Positions 13,728 to 27,850 of a stretch of 64,000 bases of DNA are shown here, in pieces. The notes under the pieces were generated by a model. It saw only the letters and a program-made list of their open reading frames with translations. It searched no databases and was not told the DNA's origin. The stretch comes from Octopus vulgaris (taxonomy: Eukaryota): assembly GCA_951406725.2 (NCBI GenBank), contig OX597827.1, positions 806,001 through 870,000 on the forward strand, in the 5' to 3' direction. Positions within the stretch are counted from its first letter, which is position 1, and each line of letters opens with the position of its first letter. The position numbers were made by a program, and so were the translations under genes.

Positions 13728-14460
13728 TGAGGATGAGGATGATAAATGAAAAACAACAAAAAGTAATTACCCACAATGCAATAAAAACAATGGAGGAAAC
13801 AGCAAAATCAAGAAATAGAATCTGTAATGCAAAATAATTAAGACACAGAAAGCCAGAAAACTAATTTGTAATTAAACATTAAAAAAAATTGGAAACAAGA
13901 AAAAAAAGACAAAACAAAAGTAAACTAAAATGAGCATTAAGATACAAATAAATAAGAATACAAATAAAATAAAAAACAAAATATTTGAGAACCACGCATA
14001 TTTAAAAAAAACACAATCAAACAAACAATCCCTTAAGAAATTTAACAAAATTACATTGTTATGGTAACAACGACAACGGTGAAATATTAATAAAGTACCA
14101 AAACTAACAAATATAATTAGTGTGTATTTTTGCCTAAATGGATTGGGTGGAATGAAGAGGTAGGGGCGTTTTTTAAAAAATATTCTTTTAGAAATCTTTG
14201 ATTAAAATCGTGACTTTGTATATAAAGAATCATATTTTACTGTTTATCTATTAATCTATCCATCCATCTATCTATGATATTTAATTCATAAATTCAAAAG
14301 TTACCTTTTTTTACCTATTACCTGTTTCAGTTAAAGAACTGCAGGTATGCTGGGACACCACCTTCAAGGATTTAGTTGAACAAATTGACTCTAGTACTTG
14401 TTTCGAAAGTCAGTTGCTTATTCCATCAGAGTAAAAAGTTAGTCGAGTGCAGAGCGTAGA

Positions 14461-14782
14461 ATGAAATTAAATAAAATGACAAAGAAACAGGAAATTAGGC
14501 TCTGAATTTCATCAACTTACAGCTGTTTCTGCACTGCACACAGAACTGAGTCTTTGTGCGTCACCTTATTAGCTTCATCTCTGAGCTTCAAAAATGAAGC
14601 GTAAATAATTTGTTTTTTAGTCGGTGATCCTTTCCAACTTGCATTTCATTTTTGAAGCTTCGAGGAAGCTATAACGTGATACAGAAGCACCCAGCTCTGA
14701 GTATACTGCGTCTTATAGCAGAAACAATTGTAAGCTAATGAAGTCTATTGCATAAATTCCTGTTCCTTTGTCATTAAATTTC

Positions 14783-14784
<2 letters not shown>
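14461..14784. mobile_element. Diverged inverted repeat pair, Penelope-like terminal repeat relic
   Basis: Arms ~14461-14603 and ~14638-14784 are reverse-complementary; each carries a hammerhead-like motif (GAAACAGCTGTA on -, GAAACAATTGTA on +). Confidence 0.7.
14656..14736 (+). ncRNA. Hammerhead motif with damaged core
   Basis: AGCT-TCGAGGA-A-GCTATAA..TTATAGC-A-GAAA-CAATTG-T-A-AGCT; stems I and II pair, core CT>TC, palindrome ACAATTGT. Confidence 0.6.
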
Positions 14785-14817
<33 letters not shown>

Positions 14818-15879
14818 ATATGTAAACATAGTGCAGAGTAGTTTTGATAAAAAGATAGAGTCTCTTACAGCTGCTTCTAGAATAGCCAAGTACGTGGATC
14901 ACTATATTGAGTAAGGATTCTATAAGCTAAGCTAAGAGAGAAAGAACTGAGAAAATATAGAAACGAAAACTTCAATCGAGGATATTAGTATTTTCCAGTT
15001 CGTCGAGAAATGAAGGAAGGCTCAAAATAAAAAAAAGTATTTAGGTTTTGTAGTTCTTTGATCATGGAACTCTATTCTCTGTTTCAACTAAATGTTTTTC
15101 GAGTGATGACAAATGTTTTTTTCTTTTTCATTTCCAATTTTAATTTATTTATATCTGCTCAAAGAGAATTCACTTTTGCCTAGCAAATGAGGAAGAATGT
15201 GACGTGAGGGTAATTTGAATGGAGTGCAGATACATCTTTGAAATAATACAGTGTTGAAACTTAAATCCACCTACTTTAGGAGCAATAGTATATTTTCAAA
15301 TAATTGTTCACCGTTGTCCTGAGCAAATATATATATATATATATATATATATAAAGGGCGGTGCCCCAGCATGGCCTCAGCCGGATGGCTGAAACAAGTA
15401 AAAGAGTAAAAGAGTATATGAAAGTTAGATTGAAAATCAAAAATTTAGGTTTAGAAAGGAGGCATCAAATGTAGCATCGAAACCTTGTTCCGAGTAAGTT
15501 CCCGGTTTTGTGCCGGCGGAGTGCATTTGCCGCTGATGGCTACTAAGCGTTATCGGGGTTATTGCGTATTGCGCAATCGTCGTTGGAACTATGTCCGGAA
15601 TTCCAGACGTCGGTCCAGTGACGTATATATATATACGCAAAATCCCAAATTTTATTTTGGTTTGTGGGAGCAGCTGATTCTTCGAAGGCACATATTGTCG
15701 TAATTGCTCAAAATGTGGAGTAGATAAACAGCCGACAACTAATGAAGGGTCGTTCTTTATGTTACTTGTCTTGTTTTTCTATTTGTTTCTTTCGTTGTCC
15801 GCAAAAATGCTAGTATCCCATGTTTACATATTCCGTATTTCATGTTGTTTACTTTTTGTGATGTCCTGTACCCATATAT

Positions 15880-15929
<50 letters not shown>

Positions 15930-15955
15930 ATATATATATATATATATATATAAGT

Positions 15956-16337
15956 GGAGGCGCAATGGCCCAGTGGTTAGGGCAGCGGACTCGCGGTCAT
16001 AGGATCGCGGTTTCGATTCCCAGACCGGGCATTGTGAGTGTTTATTGAGCGAAAACACCTAAAAGCTCCACGAGGCTCCGGCAGGGGATGGTGGTGATCC
16101 CTGCTGTACTCTTTCACCACAACTTTCTCTCACTCTTACTTCCTGTTTCTGTTGTACCTGTATTTCAAGGGGCCGGCCTTGTTACTCTCTGTGTCACGCT
16201 GAATATCCCCGAGAACTACGTTAAGGGTACACGTGTCTGTGGATTGCTCAGCCACTTACACGTTAATTTCACGAGCAGGCTGTTCCGTTGATTCGAATCA
16301 ACCGGAACCCTCATCGTCGTAACCGACGGAGTGCTAA
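15956..16337 (+). mobile_element. tRNA-derived SINE, family C variant
   Basis: A box TGGCCCAGTGG, B box GTTTCGATTCC; 3' half shared with 3369-3674; sits in a (TA)n tract. Confidence 0.85.
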
Positions 16338-16345
16338 AAGAAAAA

Positions 16346-16379
<34 letters not shown>

Positions 16380-16559
16380 CAAAACTAATAAAAAGGGCTA
16401 GCAACAGGCTGCTTCGCCACATACCGAAGGAATTAGAAATGGCAGTCAAAGACTGTTTTTTCCATTTTCTGTAAGTGGAGAATCCAAAAACGACGGACCC
16501 TGCGGTTCACATACACAAAATCGGAGTAGTAAATAGACGTAAACAATCTCTTACCGTTA

Positions 16560-16622
16560 ATAGCGAACATGTTTCTGGATCACAAACTCAGAAAATAGTT
16601 TGATTTCCTTCATCGGCACTAT
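16560..16622 (-). ncRNA. Minimal hammerhead motif (U4C variant)
   Basis: Minus strand ATAGTG-CCGATGA-AGGAAATCAAAC..GTTTGTGATCCA-GAAA-CATG-T-T-CGCTAT; 6-bp stem I, palindrome ACATGT. Confidence 0.65.
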
Positions 16623-16694
16623 ATTCGATAGATTTACCAAATGCCACAGGCCCTCACTTCTGACCCAGCGACATCAGATAGTGGGGGGAAGTTG

Positions 16695-16738
<44 letters not shown>

Positions 16739-16784
16739 TGAAACTAGATAAAATAAAATAAAATAAATAAATAAAAAATAAAAT

Positions 16785-17559
16785 AAGATTCGCATGGATT
16801 ATTGTCGTAGCAAAAGTATTGCACAAATTATAGCAACACAGAACGTAAAAGTAATACTGAAATTTCAAAAAAGCTATCATAATCAGAGTAACATAGTAAA
16901 TATTAAGCATAATTATGTCAAACGGAATAAAAAAAAAAAGCTCATATAGAAGAGGACGCTAAGAATATAAAAGTTGCTGAAAGTGAAAGAACGCAATTTA
17001 ACGTAGTTAATAACGTTGGACCAAACAAAAGTTCAGCTAGAAATAGAACAAAGATAACGTTAACTGAGGGAGTAAATAGTAATAAAGAACTTGGTGGAAA
17101 TGAATTTGATTCTACAATGAATGATGAAATTGAAACTAAATCTGAGAGAAATATAAAAGAATATCTTTGCAATTATTATGTAAAAATAAGTGTAAGAATA
17201 AGAATGTAATATATAGACGTAAAGTTACATCTGAGGGTAACGAATACTTTTACATCAGTGGGACATCATTAATTGTCATGAGGAGACTGGCAAATCATTT
17301 GAGTTCATTTAGAGATAAAAATAAGATTCCAAACAAGTCTTAGTAACTTAATGTAGTATATTAAAGACAGAAACAAAGACTATGCTATCAGTTGCGAATT
17401 AATTTGTACTGCAAACCCATACAGACCTCTGGAACTAAAAGATGTGACTTAGTTTAGAAGAATTTTACCAGATTTGTTATAGTCAAGGGCAATGTAATAA
17501 ATTCTGGACAGAAACAGGTTTTGAGATGTTTGCACACGAGGAACTTGACATTTGCGTAG
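16785..17559 (+). pseudogene. Decayed Penelope-like element ORF: linker plus GIY-YIG endonuclease
   Basis: IRMDYCRSKSIAQIIATQNVKV; from 17203 NVIYRRKVTSEGNEYFYISGT..RRLANHLSSF; after frameshifts TSLSNLM*YIK..ANPY..GTKRCDL..INS..RCLHTRN, matching the PLE GIY-YIG/C-terminal Cys-His pattern. Confidence 0.8.
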
Positions 17560-17768
17560 TATAAACAATAATAAACATTTAAACAACAAAATCTTTTTAA
17601 ATAATGGATTAAAAATGATTATCCAATAACAACTTGAATTGGAGATTGTTCGTGTCTAACGTAAGGGACAACTCTACATCATACAACGCAGAGTAGATAA
17701 AAGAACAACTTTAAGAAATAAAGATAATGCTATACAACTTCATAATAATAATCCTTATTATTATTATT

Positions 17769-17815
<47 letters not shown>

Positions 17816-17856
17816 CATACATACATACATACAGACATACATACATAAATACATAC

Positions 17857-17954
<98 letters not shown>

Positions 17955-18608
17955 TTGTATGGAGTACAATTATATCTAAGGGCACAGAATCTACAATGCC
18001 TATATGCTGAAAGTAGACGCCGAATATGCCAAACCACCTTTTATCTATTTAATTTATTTCATTTATTTCGCTCAATATGTTTTGCTGACGAATGAAAAGT
18101 TACCAAACTAAACCAGACGTTGATCAATCCAAAACTATCTGAATCATTTTATGAATTTTTAGTGAGTTTGCTTTCCTGCTTTCAACTTGTATGTATACGT
18201 GAAGTGGTTGGATATATTCGCATATTCGGCGTCTACTTTCAGCATATAGGCATGGTAGCTTCTGTGCCCTTCAGTATAATTGTAGAATTATATATCTCTA
18301 TATATGTATTTTACCTAAAAAGTTTTTTATATGCTGGCCACTGATAAAATTCATTAGTTTTAATGATTTTATCCATTAATTATGTTAAGATTCCGTGGAA
18401 TTAAGTACTTAAATTAAGGCACCTTAAATTAAGGCTACACTCTAAATTATAGTAGGCTTGACGTGGTGTACATTTTTTTCTAAACTCATTCTGCCACAGA
18501 TATGACAAAAAAAAAAAAAATAAAATAATGTAAATATTCTGAGTTCCATTATTTGATGGATAATGTTAAAAGAAATGGTTGTATCCTTTATGTTTGAAGT
18601 TTATATGG

Positions 18609-18690
18609 TCATCTGAGGAGGACGGTTTTTTCAAATGATGTAATGCTTTCATTAATCAATTAAAAGAGCCACTTGAAACGGCCGTAATGA
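18609..18690 (+). ncRNA. Hammerhead motif downstream of the Penelope-like ORF relic
   Basis: TCAT-CTGAGGA-..GGTTTTTT..AAAAGAGCC..-GAAA-CGGCCG-T-A-ATGA; core intact, stem I TCAT/ATGA, palindrome ACGGCCGT; base of stem II imperfect. Confidence 0.75.
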
Positions 18691-18715
18691 ATTGACACCT
18701 GTAGATCTTTTTTTT

Positions 18716-18750
<35 letters not shown>

Positions 18751-19427
18751 CACACACACACACTCTCTCTCTCTCATACACACACACACGACGGGTCTCT
18801 TTCTTTCTACTAAACCAAATTGACTCACTAGCCTTTGGTCGAAGAGAGCTATAGTTGAAGGAATTTGCCCAAGTTGCCGCGCAGTAGGACTGAAACTGGA
18901 ACCATTTGCTTGGGAAGCAAACTTCTTACCACACCTTCTCCACTGCGCCTTATTATCATTGTTCTTATTGATGATGATAATATTAAATCTGTTGTTCTTG
19001 TTTCTACCACTGATATTGTCGTTGTTGCTGTTGCTATTGCCAGCCTCTTAAACCATCAACGTAGCTGACTTATTATTGTCGAGATGCCTAGCTAAATGCA
19101 CGCTTAATGAGAATCGCCAGGCCATAAATTTCCTCGGCAGAGATCTCTGGCAATCAGTGTCTCCTATAGATGTACACACACACACACTCACACACGCACA
19201 CACACACACACATACACAAACACACACACATGCATACACATACATATGCACATGCCTATGCATGCACACACACATGTATCTATATATAGGGAGATAGTTT
19301 GTGAAATAGAAACTAGACATACATGCATGTGCACATACCTGCGTAAACATACACACACATATATATATACATACATGCATATATATATATATATACACAT
19401 TCACACACACATACATACACACACACG

Positions 19428-19461
<34 letters not shown>

Positions 19462-19468
19462 CATACAT

Positions 19469-19874
19469 GCAGGAGTGACTGTGTGGTAAGTAGCTTGCTT
19501 ACCAGCCACATGGTTCCTGGTTTATTCCCACTTTGTGGCAACTTGGGCTTCTACTATAGCCTCGGGCCGACCAAGCCTTGTGAGTGGATTTAGTAGACGG
19601 AAACTGAAAGAAGCCTGGCGTATATATGTATACAAATATGTATGTATGTGTATATGTTTGTGCGTCTGTATTTGTCCCCCCTAACGTCGCTTGACAACCG
19701 TTGGTGGTGTGTTTACATCTCCGTAACTTAGCGGTTCGACAAAGGAGACCGATAGAATAAGTACTAGGTTTACAAAGAATAAGTCCTGGGGTCGATTTGC
19801 TCGACTAAAAGGCGGTGCTCCAGCATGGCATGGCCACCGTCAAATGACTGAAACAAGTAAAAGAGAGTAAAAAG
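19469..19874 (+). mobile_element. SINE family A, near full length
   Basis: Colinear with 8079-8483. Confidence 0.9.
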
Positions 19875-20272
19875 TATACATACACACACACACACATTTA
19901 TATATAATAAAAATTTGGATTCAAAGAATGAAATGGACCTCGACAAAGGTTGTGGCTATCGAGAAAAACTGTATTAAGGAAAGAATGTACCGTTGTTCTG
20001 AAAATCCAGGAATAAACACACGCGCACGCACGCAGAGGAATCAAGAAAAATATGAAGATTGTATTGAAACATAATATCGTTGAAGATTAGGATCGTTTCA
20101 AATAGCCAGAGGCAGAGTTTTCTCGCTATTCATTGCTTTGTAGACGTTATTCAGCAATTAATTGATTAATTGCAAAGCGAACCACAGACATGCCTAACTC
20201 AACTACTGCTGGTACAATGCACGATGTATTACATTTACGTACTATATGTCTATATGTACATACATACATGTA

Positions 20273-20369
<97 letters not shown>

Positions 20370-20376
20370 GTCTGTC

Positions 20377-20409
<33 letters not shown>

Positions 20410-20496
20410 TTATCTACCTATATACATACATATTTATACATATACATATGTATATACGTGTGTGTGTGCAGATATGAATCTATGTATATGTATGTA

Positions 20497-20527
<31 letters not shown>

Positions 20528-21431
20528 CTGTATGTGTATGCGTATATACAAACACACACACAAACATACATGCATACATACATACAAACATACATACATA
20601 CATACATACATACATACATACATACATACATACATGCATATATATATATATATATATATATATCACCAGGCGTTACCTCAACATCTGCGGTCACGGTAGC
20701 ATTTTCTATGGTGGTGGTCGTGGTCATGGAATTTGTAATGATGATGGTGGTGATAATCAGGATAATGATGATGATGATGACGACGACGACGATGAAGGCG
20801 ACGATGATGAGGGCAACGACGGATAGTGTGGACGAAGAGGAAGGGGTGGATGTGGAGGTATAAATTGTTGAGGTGATGGTGGTATTAGTGGTAGGGGCAG
20901 GGAATATGATATAAAGAAGAGGCAGGATAATGATGAGGGTGATGAAAGAGGTATGAGGGCAAAGGTGATGCTGAAGACAATCATGATTAACAAGATTTAT
21001 CAGACTAATGAGCTATATCTAAGGGATATAAATTATATAATGCATTTCATTCATCAACTAGCGCCCACCTTCACCCCGCTCTTCCTCCTCCCTCTCCTAC
21101 TCTTCGCCCGTTCATTGTCCATAGCTATGATTTCGGTGATCTTTCACACACAACTAATATACTGTCTTGTATAAAATTATTAATTATTTTCAAGGTCCTT
21201 TCTTCCCTTACTTCGGCAAATACCAGGGAAGAAAGCTACGATGTTGAGGTTTAAGATAAAATTGAAACATACCTGAAGTTGTCTCCCGTATTTGTCGAAA
21301 TAAGTAAAACGATATTATTTAGTGAATGTTGTTTTAGGTTTTCTTTTCCCTCGCTGCGTAATTATTTTTAATCATTTTTTAAAAATATACCCTGTATTAA
21401 ATAGGATATAACCAATTTAATAATTGTTATA

Positions 21432-21570
21432 TAGGCGTTGGTATGGTTGTGCAGTTAAGAATTTCTTTGTAACCTCGTGGTTTCGGGTTCTGTACTACTA
21501 CGAGGCACCTACAGCATGCCCAATGTCTTGTGAGTGAATCCGGCAGACAGAAACTGTGAGGATGTCCGTC

Positions 21571-21627
<57 letters not shown>

Positions 21628-21845
21628 TGTGTGTGTGTGTGTGTATGTGTGTGTGAATATATATATGTATGTATGTATATGTATGTTTCTGTGTGTATGT
21701 ATGTGTTTGTGTCTGTGTTTCTTTCTCACTGCTTGACTATCGGTATTAGTTTGTTTACATCCTCGTCACTTAGTAGCTACGATAGAATATTTGCCACACT
21801 TGAAAAATAAGCACCGAGGTCATACTATTCGACTAAAATACTTCA
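21432..21845 (+). mobile_element. Degenerate family A-like SINE, 3' end interrupted at the minisatellite
   Basis: Head AGGCGTTGG..GGGTTCTGTAC, CTTGTGAGTGAAT..AGACAGAAACTG, ends ATTCGACTAAAATACTTCA. Confidence 0.7.
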
Positions 21846-21860
21846 GATGTGAATGATCTA

Positions 21861-24800
21861 TATGCTAAACATTAGATCATTCACATGGTGTATATGCTAC
21901 ACATTAGATCATTCACATCGTGTATATGCTACATATTAGATCATTCACATCGTGTATATGCTACACATTAGATCATTCACATTGTGTACATGTTTCACAT
22001 TAGACCATTCACATTGTGTATATGCTACACATTAGATCATTCACATTGTGTATATGCTACACATTAGATCATTCATATGGTGTATATGCTACACATTAGA
22101 TCATTCAAATGGTGTATATGCTACACATTAGATCATTCAAATTGTGTATATGCTACACATTAGATCATTCACATGGTGTATATGCTACACATTAGATAAT
22201 TCACATCGTGTATATGCTACACATTAGAACATTCAAATAGTGTATATGCTTCACATTAGATCATTCATATTGTGTATATGCTACGCATTAGATCATTCAC
22301 ATTGTGTATATGCTTCACATTAGATCATTCACATTGTGTATATGTTACACATTAGATCATTCACATGGTGTATATGCTACACATTAGATCATTCATATGG
22401 TGTATATGCTACACATTAGATCATTCACATTGTGTATATGCTTCACATTAGATCATTCACATTGTGTATATGCTACACATTAGATCATTCACATTGTGTA
22501 TATGCTACACATTAGATCATTCACATTGTGTATATGCTTCACATTAGATCATTCACATTGTGTATATGCTACACATTAGATCATTCACATGGTGTATATG
22601 TTACACATTAGATCATTCACATGGTGTATATGTTACACATTAGATCATTCACATTGTGTATATGCTACACATTAGATCATTCATATGGTGTATATGTTAC
22701 ACATTAGATCATTCACATTGTGTATATGTTACACATTAGATCATTCATATGGTGTATATGTTACACATTAGATCATTCACATTGTGTATATGCTACATAT
22801 TAGATCATTCACATTGTGTATATGTTACACATTAGATCATTCACATGGTGTATATGTTACACATTAGATCATTCACATTGTGTATATGTTACACATTAGA
22901 TCATTCATATGGTGTATATGTTACACATTAGATCATTCACATGGTGTATATGTTACACATTAGATCATTCATATGGTGTATATGTTACACATTAGATCAT
23001 TCACATTGTGTATATGCTACACATTAGATCATTCATATGGTGTATATGTTACACATTAGATCATTCACATTGTGTATATGCTACACATTAGATCATTCAT
23101 ATGGTGTATATGCTACACATTAGATCATTCATATGGTGTATATGCTACACATTAGATCATTCATATGGTGTATATGTTACACATTAGATCATTCATATGG
23201 TGTATATGTTACACATTAGATCATTCATATGGTGTATATGTTACACATTAGATCATTCACATGGTGTATATGCTACACATTAGATCATTCATATGGTGTA
23301 TATGTTACACATTAGATCATTCATATGGTGTATATGCTACACATTAGATCATTCATATGGTGTATATGCTACACATTAGATCATTCATATGGTGTATATA
23401 TTACACATTAGATCATTCACATGGTGTATATGTTACACATTAGATCATTCATATGGTGTATATGTTACACATTAGATCATTCATATGGTGTATATGCTAC
23501 ACATTAGATCATTCACATTGTGTATATGTTACACATTAGATCATTCATATGGTGTATATGTTACACATTAGATCATTCACATTGTGTATATGTTACACAT
23601 TAGATCATTCACATGGTGTATATGTTACACATTAGATCATTCATATGGTGTATATGTTACACATTAGATCATTCATATGGTGTATATGTTACACATTAGA
23701 TCATTCACATGGTGTATATGTTACACATTGGATCAATCAAATGGTGCATATGTTACACATTGGATCATTCATATGGTGTATATGTTACACATTAGATCAT
23801 TCACATTGTGTATATGTTACACATTAGATCATTCACATTGTGTATATGTTACACATTAGATCATTCACATGGTGTATATGTTACACATTAGATCATTCAC
23901 ATGGTGTATATGTTACACATTAGATCATTATATGTTACACATTAGATCATTCACATGGTGTATATGTTACACATTAGATCATTCACATGTGTATATGTTA
24001 CACATTAGATCAATCAAATGGTGTATATGTTACACATTGGATCATTCATATGGTGTATATGTTACACATTAGATCATTCACATTGTGTATATGCTACACA
24101 TTAGATTATTCACATCGTGTATATGTTACACATTAGATCATTCACATGGTGTATATGTTACTCATTAGATCATTCACATGGTGTATATGTTACACATTAG
24201 ATCATTCACATGGTGTATATGTTACACATTGGATCAATCAAATGGTGTATATGTTACACATTAGATCATTCATATGGTGTATATGTTACACATTTGATCA
24301 TTCACATGGTGTATATGTTACACATTAGATCATTCACATGGTGTATATGTTACACATTAGATCATTCACATGGTGTATATGTTACACATTGTATATGTTA
24401 CACATTGGATCATTCATATGGTGTATATGTTACACATTAGATCAATCAAATGGTGTATATGTTACACATTGGATCATTCATATGGTGTATATGTTACACA
24501 TTAGATCAATCAAATGGTGTATATGTTATGGTGTATATGTTACACATTAGATCAATCAAATGGTGCATATGTTACACATTGGATCATTCATATGGTGTAT
24601 TTGTTACACATTAGATCATTCACATTGTGTATATGCTACACATTAGATTATTCACATCGTGTATATGTTACACATTAGATCATTCACATGGTGTATATGT
24701 TACACATTAGATCATTCATATGGTGTATCATTCATATGGTGTATATGTTACACATTGGATCATTCATATGGTGTATATGTTACACATTAGATCATTCACA

Positions 24801-25990
24801 TGGTGTATATGTTACACATTAGATCATTCACATGGTGTATATGTTACACATTGGATCATTCATATGGTGTATATGTTACACATTGGATCATTCACATGGT
24901 GTATATGTTACACATCAGATCATTCACATCGTGTATATGTTACACATTGGATCATTCACATTGTGTATATGTTACACATTGGATCATTCATATGGTGTAT
25001 ATGTTACACATTAGATCATTCACATTGTGTATATGTTACACATTAGATCATTCATATGGTGTATATGTTACACATTAGATCATTCATATGGTGTATATGT
25101 TACACATTAGATCATTCACACGGTGTATATGTTACACATTAGATCATTCACATGGTGTATATGTTACACATTGGATCATTCATATGGTGTATATGTTACA
25201 CATTGGATCATTCATATGGTGTATATGTTACACATTGGATCATTCATATGGTGTATATGTTACACATTAGATCATTCACATGGTGTATATGTTACACATT
25301 AGATCATTCATATGGTGTATATGTTACACATTAGATCATTCAAATGGTGTATATGTTACACATTAGATCATTCATATGGTGTATATGTTACACATTAGAT
25401 CAATCAAATGGTGTATATGTTACACATTGGATCATTCATATGGTGTATATGTTACACATTGGATCATTCATATGGTGTATATGTTACACATTAGATCATT
25501 CACATGGTGTATATGTTACACATTAGATCATTCACATGGTGTATATGTTACACATTAGATCATTCATATGGTGTATATGCTACACATTAGATCATTCACA
25601 TGGTGTATATGTTACACATTAGATCATTCATATGGTGTATATGTTACACATTAGATCATTCACATTGTGTATATGTTACACATTAGATCATTCACATGGT
25701 GTATATGTTACACATTGGATCATTCACATGGTGTATATGTTACACATTAGATCATTCATATGGTGTATATGTTACACATTAGATCATTCATATGGTGTAT
25801 ATGTTACACATTAGATCATTCACATTGTGTATATGTTACACATTGGATCATTCATATGGTGTATATGTTACACATTAGATCATTCACATGGTGTATATGT
25901 TACACATTAGATCATTCACATGGTGTATATGCTTCACATTAGTTCATTCACATTGTGTATTTGCTACACAGTTCAATACACATGGTGTAT
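21861..25990. repeat. 32-bp minisatellite array, ~129 units
   Basis: Unit ATG(C/T)TACACATT(A/G)GATCATTCA(C/T)AT(G/T)GTGTAT repeated head to tail over ~4.13 kb with no spacers. Confidence 0.97.
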
Positions 25991-27470
25991 AATAGGCTAT
26001 GCTATATTGTATATTAATTTCCTTGCACACGAATTTCTAAATCCACTGATATTTATTTGTTTATTTATTTATTAATTTATTGGTGCATACTGGTCATTGA
26101 TCGTTAGATAAATCTTTGATCTTGTCTGTATTTTTGAGATGTGAAATTTCCATTATTATAGACTGATATATTCGGACTGGTGTACTCATTTTGGTTGTTA
26201 GAATCGTATCGTTTCGGGAGTTTAGTTATACACCCGTAGAAAACGATGTCGGTGGCAACAGTAGTAAAGCATGAGTATGAGTGTAGTAGTATATGTATGC
26301 GTGTGTGTATGTGTGTGTGTGTGTGTGCGTGTACCTGGGTTTTCAAGCATACGTATACATATAACAGGAGTATAATATTTGTATTAATATCCGTCTCTAG
26401 CCTACGTGTGTACATGTATATGTATGCAGATGCGTATGCGCGCGTGTGTGTGTGTGAGTGTGCATACATGTATATGGGTTCGTTTGCACGTGTATATCTA
26501 TGCATCTGTGTATATCGGTGCTTGCGCGCGCGAATGTGTGTATGTGTGTCTGTGTTACTGTGTGTGCGTGTGTGTGCGTGTGTGTGTGATCTGTTTTTCC
26601 TGCATCATGTGTAATGTATACTTCTTTGATATAAATTCGCCAGAATTTGCCTGCCATAAACGCAGTGACATCAAGAAAACGTAAGATGTTAATAACCTCT
26701 TAATGCGCACGACAATGGCGCAAAACATGCCGTTATTGTTGTGATTGGGAGATAGTTAAAATGTAGTTAAGTAGGTAATAACACATCTAATGCTTGCACG
26801 TAACATAAAAAGCTAAAATATGATCAAAATATGCAGCGAGAGAAAGATAGTGTCTGTCGATGTTACTAGTATTATTTGCTCATTTCTGGTTTTATCGGGA
26901 AGTACGGTAGACAACTCGAGATTTATGTGAGCCTTATTGGGCAACCTCAGAGGAGCTGCTGAAATAATGTCAAACGAATCACTCAGTTAATATATAGAGA
27001 TGTATGTTTGTCAGGTTGTTACTATGGCCAAGTAGACATTATATATGTATATATATACTATAGAAGAGCTCAAATGCATCAAGGCAAATTAACTAGGAAG
27101 CGCATGCGCATCAGTGGCTGAACAGATTACTCGGAAAAATTTCCAGGTTATTCAACTGTTCAGTTCAGTAGAAGACTATACAGAGTTAAACGATTGTTAG
27201 CTGGTCTCGGTCATTCTGCTGTCCTTGTGTATATCAAAGGCTTAATTAATGTAACGTTTAGTAAACAAGACCGGATGGATAATTTAAAATATCACCATGC
27301 ACGTTTTTGAAAATGTGCATGGGGATATTTTAATAGTGTAGTGATGTATTAAATTAACCATTCAGATTTGCTTACTCTCTTTATATATTTATATATATAT
27401 ATATGTATGTATATATATAACCGTGTGTGTATGGGGGGGAGTGTGTATATACATGCATATATATATATAT

Positions 27471-27850
27471 ACTAGCACTATGGCTCGGCAACGCCGGCCG
27501 GGTCACAGTGCGAGTGCATGCATATACCGCTGCGTGCATGCACACATACACGCGAGTACTGTCCGAATCTCCGACCAATCACATACAGGTAGCTGGCATT
27601 CAATTGGCGTATCAAGTTTCGGGCATTTTGATTGGGTTTTGGATAGAAAATTCATAAAAAAGTCACTTCTATTGATTTTTTAACGACTTTGCGGGGTGAC
27701 TGGGGAAATGTAAAGATATGCAAGACCACCCTTGGACGGTTTAGAATGACCATAGAAAGTGCAAGCTCACTAAGTAAAAAATTGGGTATTTGTATAAAGG
27801 ACACACACACACACATACACGAACATTTTGCCGTTTATATATATAGGGAT
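27471..27850 (+). mobile_element. Probable non-autonomous Helitron-like element (Lep1/DINE-type architecture)
   Basis: Starts ACTAGCAC followed by a GC-rich hairpin-like segment (CTCGGC AAC GCCGG); ends with a CA microsatellite and AACATTTTGCCGTTTATATATATAG. Architecture only; no second copy in the window. Confidence 0.45.

Noticed and set aside
20085-20140. Minus-strand hammerhead relic (AATAGC/GCTATT stem, GAAACGATCCTA)
   Set aside because: No CUGA core, broken palindrome and no stem I.
21861-25990. CRISPR array (32-bp repeat) or repeat-protein gene (MVYMLHIRSF ORFs)
   Set aside because: Units are contiguous with no unique spacers and there are no cas genes. The 32-bp period cycles through frames and hits stops regularly, so the ORFs are artefacts.
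27099-27110. NRF1/EWG-like site AGCGCATGCGCA as a promoter
   Set aside because: Isolated motif with no other promoter evidence; such strings arise easily in CA/TG/GC-rich repeats.
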